Virus record (IMG/VR): IMGVR_UViG_3300029893_000001
Span: 1-64,000 of that record
Reading direction: 5' to 3' (one strand)
DNA length: 64,000 nt
The notes below the pieces were generated by a model, which made no database searches, had not been told where the DNA came from, and saw only the letters and a list, made by a program, of their open reading frames with translations. The translations under genes and the position numbers were made by a program. Shown here in pieces: positions 44,793 through 53,199 of this stretch; position 1 is the first letter of the stretch, and each line of letters begins with the position of its first letter.

Positions 44793-45897
44793 TTCATCAA
44801 TCCTTTCTGTGGTTTACTTGATGACCACGTTGACCGAATACCAGCCCTTCTCTCCGTAGTCGCAATCGATGCGAGCTACGCTCTCAGCAAGGGCTCCGAG
44901 ATCTGCCTTGAGGGAGGCCCTCACCTTGTCTCGCATGACGTCGCACTCCCCGTCTCGATCTCGCTCAGATAAGCTTTCGAGTCGGTTTGCACGAAAGCCG
45001 CAGGAGACATTCATGGTCTGCACTTCGACAGGGTCCACTTCACTTCTGGACCAGGCGAATTGCCGGCACACGCTCAGGAGAATCGGGGAGATCTTGTTGA
45101 GCAGCTTGCTGCGCTCGGCGTTCTTGTCGGATTCCCCTCGAAGGCCAGACCACCCGCTCAACCGGCTGATGACCTGTTGAGCGAGATACGTGGCGAAGTC
45201 TTCTCCCTTCGGAGCGCTGCTGAACAGAGAGTAGGCCGTGAGTTGACCATCGCGGCCCATCTGAATGTCGCAGCGAATCCTTTCGTCCTGGTCATCCTTG
45301 ATTCGGATGATGTAGGAGTAGGCAGGAACCTCTTGCGATTCCCACCCAGGCGACGCCCATGCGAAGCACACGATGGTGCTGGGATCTACGAGCCTCTCCT
45401 TGATGAGGCTCGTGATCTTCTCTCCGGCCTCACGCAGCTTCGAAGGGATCTGCGTCTCAGCGAACTTGATGACCTCTGCACGGGCCTCGGTCTGGAGGCG
45501 CACGTAGTGCTCGCGCACTCGCTTCACCGCCGCCAGGAGCTTCGTCGAGGTTTCGTCCTGGCACGTGACCTGATGCAGTTGCTCAGCGCCGCCGACCACC
45601 GCCGTCATGCGGTCAAGAGCCATCGTCGCCGTCTTCCACTTGCTGTATCCAGGGATCATCGCTGCCCCTCGACCGCAGTGGCCGCCTTGACTCGACCGCC
45701 TTCCATCATGATCGACTCCTCGTGGACGAGGAAGCTGTTCATCATGCAGCTCGCATCCCATCCTCTGTCGATCTTCTGTTCGCCGTACTTATCCTTACTG
45801 CGCTTACCGCATGCTGCGCATACGAAGACCTGCCCGGCAGGAGCAACATGATTTCCCATGGATTTCCTTTCTGGGCTTTGTTTTGCCCCTCGTCCTC

Positions 45898-45914
45898 TAT
45901 TATCGCCAGGGTTC
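45898..45914 (-). promoter_or_regulatory. Repeated phage promoter motif (variant)
   Basis: TATTATCGCCAGGGTTC, 39 nt upstream of 45859. Confidence 0.65.
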
Positions 45915-45945
45915 GCTGCATTCGAAACTGTGGTTATATCCTGGC

Positions 45946-46554
45946 ATGACAGAAAAAGAACTGAACCCCGCCACCGTATTTCCGGTGCAGGTAACAGCGA
46001 GCTTTAAACCAGCAGCAACCGATTCAATTCGCTGGGACGGGAAACCCTGCCCGTGCCAGGAGCCTCCCTACGCCCCCAAATGGGGAGGCGGCTTTAGGGA
46101 TAAGCGTGGAAAGTACGACCACGCGGCTGTCGATATTATGGCAGCCGAGGGCACTCCTATCCTTGCCCCATGCGATGGAGAGATCCCAGAATCCTACCGA
46201 ATGAAGCTCGACGGTGTCAACAAGAAACACCCAGGCTCAGGCGAAGGAAAGAAAGCAGGACACTACTTCATCCTAGTTTCTGAGGATGGCCATTGGGCGT
46301 GGTACGGCAGCCATATGATGGAGCCATGCTTGTTCGCCCCTGGCGATAAGGTGAAGGCCGGAGACTTACTTGGCTATGTAGGAAAGACGGGTAATGCAAT
46401 GTCTGCTAACGGACGTGGCTGCCCACATCTTCACCTTGCCCTAACTGCACTTACGAAAGAAGCAAAAAGAAGTGCACGCAAGGCCGGAGTAGATTCAAAC
46501 AGGGCAGGCAAGGTAGACCCTATTCCCTATCTGAAACCGTTAGAGCCTAAGTAA
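45946..46554 (+). CDS. M23 family peptidoglycan endopeptidase
   Basis: HAAVDI (HxxxD), PGDKVKAGDLLGYVGKTG and PHLH (HxH); start reassigned to ATG 45946. Confidence 0.88.
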   Translation: MTEKELNPATVFPVQVTASFKPAATDSIRWDGKPCPCQEPPYAPKWGGGFRDKRGKYDHAAVDIMAAEGTPILAPCDGEIPESYRMKLDGVNKKHPGSGEGKKAGHYFILVSEDGHWAWYGSHMMEPCLFAPGDKVKAGDLLGYVGKTGNAMSANGRGCPHLHLALTALTKEAKRSARKAGVDSNRAGKVDPIPYLKPLEPK

Positions 46555-47160
46555 CACTCAGTCAAATACCGGCGGTCCTTTCCACGAAGGCTGCGCTACC
46601 GGATTGACGTAGTTGAATCGGCTACCACCAAAATCTATTTCACCAGTTTCCTCTGGCTTACGGCCAGGCAGCTGATTGAGGTCGGTGCGGCTGAGCACAA
46701 TTGCGCCCTTCTTGTGACCCAACAGCATCAGCTTAGCGAAGTACTCCCAACTAGAACGAGGAAGAAACTTTTCCTTGACCTGCTTGAGGGTCATAGGCTT
46801 ACGGGCCTTTACCACCGCCTCCGAAATGGCCTTCGCAGCGTCTACCATTAGCTGCTCTCTTGAGCGATCCGCCTTCTGGTCCTCGTCATCCTCCAGTTCG
46901 GCAATTAGTCGGCGTCTGGCTTCGCGGGTCATGGGATTTTTCATATTATTACTCCCAAATTCTATCAAAGGTGGCTATAAGCCATTCAATCCAGTCCTGT
47001 GTCCGGTCATTGATAGTCCAACTGTATAGGACGGCGACAGGAAGCCAAACCGGACAGAGGCCTACTAGTAAAGCAGTTGTCAATAACCTGAACGGCAGTG
47101 ACAATAGTCTAAACAGGACCCTGTAAGTCCTCGATTTAGTAGAATTGCCGACATCAGGCG

Positions 47161-48258
47161 GTGCTGCATCCCTGTAAGACACGTGAACCTCAGGTGTTAA
47201 AAGACATTCTAACTGGGGCTGCAGCCGGCGACCGACGAACAATTAGAGACAATACAGCGACAGATATCACTCCTGTTAGGAGATTCACAGCCGCAGTAGC
47301 GGATGGAGATCTATACCGAATTGTTGAGCCGGCTGTAACAATCAACTTGCCTCCTAGCGCCTATGTCTGTGATGGCCTTGGAGGCACATACAACGTCAAT
47401 CAATTCAGAGCGGGGGATTCTGGGATTCCTCCCGCACTAGTTTTTGCTAACTTCAAGTTCGTCCAGAACTCTAATTCGCTAACTAACAACTATTTCACTA
47501 GATCACATGTACAGCTGTTTGGTTGCGAGCTTACCGTTGACGGCGGAGCCCTGCCGTTCAGAACTGTAGGTGAGTCAATATTCAGTGGCGGAGATTCCAA
47601 CGTCTTCTCAGAGTCGGAGATTGGCGCAACTTTGTCTGGACTCACTAAATCGTCTTGGGCAGGTTGGGGTTCATACGTACACTCTGCTGGCGGATTTCAG
47701 CCACGAGATTCCTTCACAGGATATGCTGTATGTGTCGGAGGGAATTTGTCCGTACCAGATCGCTGTAGAGTATTCTTAGTGAGTGGAGCCGTTGAGCACA
47801 GTCATGCTACAACAGCAGCAGTGGACATTAACAGTGGAAATGAACAATCAATTCAGATAGGGACCTTCTCAGCCTTAGTAGGAATTACTCCACTAATCAC
47901 GAACCTAGCCGCCGGTCCTGCTCTTCGTATTGACGTTGGAAGCCTAGCAGGCGGAGGTAAATCCTTTGCACTAATTCAAAAGGCTACGCTAACCTCAACA
48001 GGAGGTCGAGTAGTACAAGTTCGCGGTGGGGGTCAAGTTAACATCGACGATGCAACCACAGGGACCGGCACTATAGGTATTGACGCAAGCTACGGTGCAC
48101 GTGTGTTTATCCACGGAGCATGTGGCATTTTGGGCAATGCTGGTAATGACTTAACAGTCGATGCAGGTAGCACCTTTGGGACAGCAGCTTCATTGGCTGC
48201 TGCAGGGGATGCTAGATTCAACGCTACAAATGGTAGTGCAATCGTACGTCAGGGCTAA
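47161..48258 (+). CDS. Tail-fibre/beta-solenoid-like C-terminal module, apparently lacking its N-terminus
   Basis: G/A/T/V-rich beta-type sequence, low GC3, opposite strand to neighbours, no convincing RBS or start. Confidence 0.5.
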   Translation: MLHPCKTREPQVLKDILTGAAAGDRRTIRDNTATDITPVRRFTAAVADGDLYRIVEPAVTINLPPSAYVCDGLGGTYNVNQFRAGDSGIPPALVFANFKFVQNSNSLTNNYFTRSHVQLFGCELTVDGGALPFRTVGESIFSGGDSNVFSESEIGATLSGLTKSSWAGWGSYVHSAGGFQPRDSFTGYAVCVGGNLSVPDRCRVFLVSGAVEHSHATTAAVDINSGNEQSIQIGTFSALVGITPLITNLAAGPALRIDVGSLAGGGKSFALIQKATLTSTGGRVVQVRGGGQVNIDDATTGTGTIGIDASYGARVFIHGACGILGNAGNDLTVDAGSTFGTAASLAAAGDARFNATNGSAIVRQG

Positions 48259-48593
48259 TTCACACTAGCCTAGGTAGGCCATGAACTAGATCTGGCTCTG
48301 CCTCGTCGTCCAACAAAACCCGAATCACGTGCTCCGTCCTGACCTGTATAGGGTGCTCCAACCAACGGAAACTCACCCAATACATGTTGTGGATACTCAC
48401 ATCCACAACAGTCCCAAGAACAAATCCACTCACCTTGAAACGGTTCTCCGCTACTTCGACTGCGTGATCTCTGAGGTCCTCTCTGACCTGTTCAATATGC
48501 TCGACTACCATATGGGTGGCCACCACAACGGTCTTGCCTCGGTAATCGAATCCCCAGGAGTCTCGAATATTCTGCTGCGACATCTGCATGTTC

Positions 48594-49421
48594 TCAGGCT
48601 CCTATTCCCACCATCTGCTTCCAGCGATCCTCGATCATCTGAGAATAGAGGTGAGACGGTAATCCGTATGCCCCCAACGAGTGGGCATCGTTTGCCTCCA
48701 CCATCAGTGTTGGAGTGCGAATTAGCTCAGGGCGTTCTGGAAAGTTAGCAACCCCTATATCAATAGAAAAAGCGATCTGCGGGATTGCTTTTGCAGTTCT
48801 AAGTATTTTCCGAACCACTGCGGCGTCTGGAAACACGAGCGGGTCGCCTTTATAGTGCCTCAGCCCAACCATCTCTCCATGATGGATGAAAGCCCTGTAT
48901 TCAGAGAGCCATTCAATCACGTGGAGCTTCCACACGCGGAAGTTATCCGGAACATGAGCAATACTAATCAAGTCGGAGAACTTTGAGACGACGAGCCCAG
49001 TGAACGCCTTATGTTCTTGACTCGGCTTAATGAAGCACGGCTTGAAGCCAGGCGATTGAACCGCCTCTTTGACTTTCGATAGTGAAACCTCAACCGGAGG
49101 CCTGTCCATGAACTTCCGAAGGACGTGTGGATACGTCTCGTAACGCGGCGGAGCTACTCCAATTTGCTTCAGGGCAGCCCTTACGTCATTAATGCTTCCG
49201 TGTACGATAGTCTCTGCTGTCAAGCTGAGAGTCTGACCGTGCAACTGTTCAGCGGTGTACGGACGAACTTCGTATCCACGATTGTAGAATCCCTTGAACG
49301 CAAGGTAGGCATTCTCATTAATCCATTCGCCTGCGTCGTCCTTGGGGAGGTAAACGACTGTCACCGGATCTCCACGTGAATTCCTGTTTCGTGTTCGAGT
49401 TCGAAAAACCGCTTCATGCAA
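48594..49421 (-). CDS. ATP-grasp domain protein (R2K/DUF4343-like)
   Basis: FIKP...KAFTG, SEYRAFI, IDIG, VEANDAHSLGAYG. Confidence 0.8.
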   Translation of the reverse strand: MHEAVFRTRTRNRNSRGDPVTVVYLPKDDAGEWINENAYLAFKGFYNRGYEVRPYTAEQLHGQTLSLTAETIVHGSINDVRAALKQIGVAPPRYETYPHVLRKFMDRPPVEVSLSKVKEAVQSPGFKPCFIKPSQEHKAFTGLVVSKFSDLISIAHVPDNFRVWKLHVIEWLSEYRAFIHHGEMVGLRHYKGDPLVFPDAAVVRKILRTAKAIPQIAFSIDIGVANFPERPELIRTPTLMVEANDAHSLGAYGLPSHLYSQMIEDRWKQMVGIGA

Positions 49422-49716
49422 CGCTGTTCGGCCCGTTCCATGGATCTAAAGGCGGTGATAATCTCTTGGAGGTGATCTTTCGCGTACTGCTTTGCAGAAC
49501 GTGCAGACCAGAAAATGTCAAATGTGAGAGTCCTGTTGTGCCTGGTTACACACAAAGACCACTCTTTTCTGCCTCTGTACACAGACGAGGGAGTTCCCTC
49601 AATAGAGAACTCGTACGAATCCCAACCTCCGTCCGGTCCCTCGTGAGTCCAGCGGTACTGAGTCTCTCTTTGAAGAGACCAGACGGGGTTGGAGTGCTTC
49701 TTGGCTTTCTTGCTGC

Positions 49717-50220
49717 TCATTCTGTTGCGATTTCCAGTGCCTCTCGAACTCGCAAATACCCAGAACCTGTCATCGACTTCCGACCACGAGTGGCCATCTT
49801 ATCGACCCTGTTGTTCATAGCAAATGCGTAGCCGAGAGACGGGTCTTGGTGACCCTTTACATGCTCGGTGAGCACTTGGACGCCGCACTTTTGATACAAG
49901 TCTTGGATCCAACCACGAATCCGAATCATCTCTCGATCACGAACTCTGGACCTGAGCGGCCCCTTCCGTGCGTGACGGAGAGCACACTCAGAGTCCGAGC
50001 GTATTCGAAAGGCGTGAATCTCCTCTCCCCATTCACGAACGGCCAAGGATAGACCCATGTGAATGGCGAACAGCTCGGCGTGGTTGGAGCAAGTCACAAG
50101 ATCGCTGGGGCAGGAACCGTAGTGGACGAGGCGGCCTTTGTCGCTCTCAATGTACACAGCCCATCCACCAGACTGATTGTGGTGGTTGTACGAGCCGTCG
50201 GTGTAGAGCGTTACCAACAT
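49717..50220 (-). CDS. rnhA: Ribonuclease HI
   Basis: YTDGS, NHAELFAI, RSDSE, HVKGH and NNRVDKMA catalytic motifs. Confidence 0.88.
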   Translation of the reverse strand: MLVTLYTDGSYNHHNQSGGWAVYIESDKGRLVHYGSCPSDLVTCSNHAELFAIHMGLSLAVREWGEEIHAFRIRSDSECALRHARKGPLRSRVRDREMIRIRGWIQDLYQKCGVQVLTEHVKGHQDPSLGYAFAMNNRVDKMATRGRKSMTGSGYLRVREALEIATE

Positions 50221-50290
50221 GGTCGCCTCCCTTCGCTTTCCTTCTACATAACAACTTCTCCCTTTAGAATCGCGGAGGACACGATATGTA

Positions 50291-50325
50291 CCCGCTACGA
50301 TTCAGTATCCATCACGTTCCACAAA
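50291..50325 (-). repeat. Degenerate trailer-end CRISPR repeat
   Basis: CCCGCTAC-GATTCAGTATCCATCACG, same orientation as the array repeats. Confidence 0.75.
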
Positions 50326-50408
50326 AAGAAAAGTCGCATCACAGACATAGCAGCAAGTTACTTTTGGTCAAACCGCAGGGCCTCTGTCGAGGCGAGTTCT
50401 ACTATTCC

Positions 50409-50740
50409 CCCGCTACCGATTCAGCATCCATCGCGGGTTACGACCGTGCTCGCCCGAGCGTCTCGCTGGCACGCCCACTATCCCGCTACCGATTCAGCAT
50501 CCATCGCGGGTTACGACTTCCCAGCGATCGGCCCTCGCTGGGCTCGTTTCGAGCAACCCCGCTACCGATTCAGCATCCATCGCGGGTTACGACCTTGGGC
50601 GAGCGTTACCTACATCGCATGAGGCCCAGCCCCCGCTACCGATTCAGCATCCATCGCGGGTTACGACGACCAACTGAAGAACCTTGTCCCCCATGGAGTT
50701 ACGGCCCGCTACCGATTCAGCATCCATCGCGGGTTACGAC
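50409..50740 (-). CRISPR. CRISPR array, 5 identical 36-bp repeats and 4 spacers (37, 40, 38, 37 nt)
   Basis: Plus-strand repeat CCCGCTACCGATTCAGCATCCATCGCGGGTTACGAC at 50409, 50482, 50558, 50632 and 50705; orientation inferred from the degenerate trailer and the leader/cas side. Confidence 0.97.
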
Positions 50741-50990
50741 GGGTCCCTCAACTCTGCTGTATTTTCAAGGACCTACAGACTGCTTTGCGAGAGGGTCTTG
50801 CAACGTCCTTATTTTCGCGACCCGGGATGGAGACTGAAACGATACCGAGACGCCTACTCAGCCTACGTTCTCGGATGGAATTCCCCTTGATTTTCAAGGG
50901 TCTGAGTACCTTCGCGAGCGGTGCCCAGTGTCTAGCGATCACTGGACCCCTCGCGCTCGGGCCTAAGCGGGAGGCCCTTTATCACAGACG
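50741..50990 (-). ncRNA. Leader plus putative tracrRNA, anti-repeat at 50814-50849
   Basis: The minus-strand transcript pairs with the repeat at 26/36 Watson-Crick plus 4 G-U positions; extra hairpins CCCTTG/CAAGGG and CCAGTG/CACTGG. Confidence 0.72.
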
Positions 50991-52385
50991 TTACGTCTGA
51001 GAAGACTTACCTCGAAGTCTGCCCGCCGAACGCTTAGCGCTGGTTTTGGCATCGGGTAGTGCAGACGGCTTCCCGTCACGGAGAAGCATGTTCCAGACGT
51101 AGATCACGTCTACAGAACGTTCGAGAAGACACTTAGAACACCTGAATGTGGTACCATTTACGTCTTCGTTTACAGTACCGCAATTAGGGCAAGTTCTCGA
51201 ATTGTAGTCAGAAGGGACTACTTCTACCTCCCACCCCTTCTTCTTTGCGGCCCACAAAATGGCTTCCCTAAGCTGCGCCAATGGAAAACTACGAACGATC
51301 TGTTCGACGTGTTTTCCTAGTTCGGGAGCACCATCTTTTGCCGGGTTAGTCCAATCCTCGATGAGGATTCTGGTCACACCGCGGCGTTCACCCAAACGAA
51401 TGGCGTGAGCTGCGACTTCCTGGCATTTGGTTCGAACCCATCGTTCTTCTGCACCTTTGAGCTTGGTGACACGTTCGTAATGGCGTGCGTGACCGTGGCC
51501 TTTGGCTCCTGTGCCTAGCTGCCGGCGATGACTACTCAAAGATCGTAGTCTGGCTTTGTACACATCCTTGTACCGACGGATGTCTTCTCCCGTTTCAAGG
51601 ATCGTAGTGTAAGCTTCCTGTGACCCTTCCCTAGAAATAGCAACAGACAGGAAGTTTCGGACTCCACGATGAAGTGCCATCGTGCGGCCCTTCGAAACCT
51701 CTTCTACCTCAAAGGAATAGGCAACAAAAGCCTGCCACTTTTGCTTTCCATCGTGAGTCTCACGCACCAATCGAAGGTCCCCCATAGAATCTGGATTCTG
51801 AAGGATCCTCTTAATGGCAGCAAATCCACTGGTGTGGTAGGGCCGAACAACAATACGCGTCCACGGGCCCTTCAGAAGCTGTACGCTGAGAACGGCGCTG
51901 CCGTTCTCAGAGGTCAGCTTAACGCCTTGTCCAACGACGTAAATGGGTGACGGCGACTTGAACGAGGGAAGCGACATCGTCCCTTTCCACGCTTCCTTCT
52001 TCCATTTCTGCCAACGAGCGAATGCCGCGTTAGAAAGTCCAAGAACAGGGGAGCTTGATGGCTGAAGCTGACTGAGTTGGTCGTCTCCTGCATAACTCTT
52101 CTTACGGGCCACTCTGTCGGCTGCCTGCCGACGTTCATTCTCCCAGGAGTCTCTAGTTAAACGATAGGAATCGGTGCGTGGATGTAGATCTTTGCCTCCA
52201 GGGCCCAGGCCGTTTCCCTTCTTGTACTTTCCTGCTCGGTCATTCACCTCTAGGTCGGTGATGACCGAATTCAGTACGCGGTGAAGAGGAAGCTGAATAG
52301 TTCTGAGCTGGGATCCCAAGGTATCCCAGTCACAGTCTAACGGCTTAACGACCTCAAGCCGCAGTGTTGCGATGAGCGTTGCCAT
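50991..52385 (-). CDS. cas12f: Cas12f (type V-F/TnpB-derived) effector with RuvC-I Asp->His, probably nuclease-dead
   Basis: LEVVKPLDCDW, G.MSLPSFK, GAKGHG, RuvC-I MALHRGV, RuvC-II ILIEDW, SRTCPNCG..FRCSKC zinc ribbon, RuvC-III SVDVIY; adjacent array. Confidence 0.9.
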   Translation of the reverse strand: MATLIATLRLEVVKPLDCDWDTLGSQLRTIQLPLHRVLNSVITDLEVNDRAGKYKKGNGLGPGGKDLHPRTDSYRLTRDSWENERRQAADRVARKKSYAGDDQLSQLQPSSSPVLGLSNAAFARWQKWKKEAWKGTMSLPSFKSPSPIYVVGQGVKLTSENGSAVLSVQLLKGPWTRIVVRPYHTSGFAAIKRILQNPDSMGDLRLVRETHDGKQKWQAFVAYSFEVEEVSKGRTMALHRGVRNFLSVAISREGSQEAYTTILETGEDIRRYKDVYKARLRSLSSHRRQLGTGAKGHGHARHYERVTKLKGAEERWVRTKCQEVAAHAIRLGERRGVTRILIEDWTNPAKDGAPELGKHVEQIVRSFPLAQLREAILWAAKKKGWEVEVVPSDYNSRTCPNCGTVNEDVNGTTFRCSKCLLERSVDVIYVWNMLLRDGKPSALPDAKTSAKRSAGRLRGKSSQT

Positions 52386-52962
52386 GCTTAGTCTTGCTCT
52401 TCTTTGCCAACTTCTTTTCAGCTCGAAACTTTTTGACTTCTTCCTTCAACAACGCAACCTGTTGACGGAGTCTTTCGTTCTCTTCTCGGAGCTTTTCGTT
52501 TTCCTTTACGAGGACCGAGTACGATTTATTCCCAGACTTCTGTGCAGCACGCACTGTCTGCTGCTCCTTGACAATGCGCTGCGCCTGCGAATCAGTTAGA
52601 TGCCCATTGCTTTTTTGCGCAATTAGGGCTCTATCGATGGCTTCCTTCATTTCGGGAGCGCCCCTAAGACGTCCAACGTGGGCCAAAATCTTGACAGGTG
52701 CCTTTTCAACCACTTCAGGCGGCAGTGTCTTCACGGCACGGCGATAAGATGAAAACCGAGACACGTCTTGTCGATCGCGAAGAAGACCCTGAGTTTCGCA
52801 AAACTTCAGAAAATCCTGTCCGGATCCCTGCCAGAGATGGGTGTGCTCCTCAGCACTTGCCAAGAAATTGTACCACGCCTTTTCAGAATCCAAATACGCC
52901 TGTCTCAGGCGCTTAGCTTCTGTGATGAACTGTTCTGGGGTCATGGAACTAAAATCGTACAT
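52354..52962 (-). CDS. Uncharacterised Cas12f-associated protein with C-terminal coiled coil
   Basis: Overlaps cas12f start by 32 nt; LVKENEKLREENERLRQQVALLKEEV heptads; 19 nt downstream of a promoter motif. Confidence 0.75.
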   Translation of the reverse strand: MYDFSSMTPEQFITEAKRLRQAYLDSEKAWYNFLASAEEHTHLWQGSGQDFLKFCETQGLLRDRQDVSRFSSYRRAVKTLPPEVVEKAPVKILAHVGRLRGAPEMKEAIDRALIAQKSNGHLTDSQAQRIVKEQQTVRAAQKSGNKSYSVLVKENEKLREENERLRQQVALLKEEVKKFRAEKKLAKKSKTKHGNAHRNTAA

Positions 52963-52980
52963 GGGTCACCTCGTATACTA

Positions 52981-52997
52981 CAGTATCGGCAGGGTTC
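52981..52997 (-). promoter_or_regulatory. Repeated phage promoter motif driving the cas operon
   Basis: CAGTATCGGCAGGGTTC. Confidence 0.75.
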
Positions 52998-53199
52998 GAG
53001 TCCTGAAAGAGGATCAATTCTGCTTCCGTCAGAATCATTTCGTCTTCGATTTCTTCGAAGTCTGGGTACGCTTCTTTCGGAAGAGATTGGACGAAGGGAC
53101 GTACATTTTGATTTGGCCGGTCTTCATTCGGCGCTTGCATTCTGGACACGTCTCTGTAGACGTAACAATCCCCGTCACTCCATCGGCAGTAAGACATGA

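Noticed and set aside
50206-50220. 14/15-nt match between spacer segment 50601-50615 and the RNase H start codon region
   Set aside because: Flanks do not match, the match is in the PAM-distal part of the predicted guide, and one such hit is roughly expected by chance in a window this size.
50286-50837. Plus-strand ORFs 50059..50622 and 50286..50837 with repeated peptides
   Set aside because: Translations of the CRISPR repeats, not genes.
50805-50840. Plus-strand 36-mer GTC...ACTGAAAC resembling a lone class 1 repeat
   Set aside because: Single copy that overlaps the anti-repeat, which explains it more simply. It cannot be excluded without a host repeat comparison.
50991-52385. Calling the effector an IS200/IS605 TnpB transposon gene
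   Set aside because: No tnpA or transposon ends seen. It has a Cas12f-type N-terminus and an adjacent array with anti-repeat.
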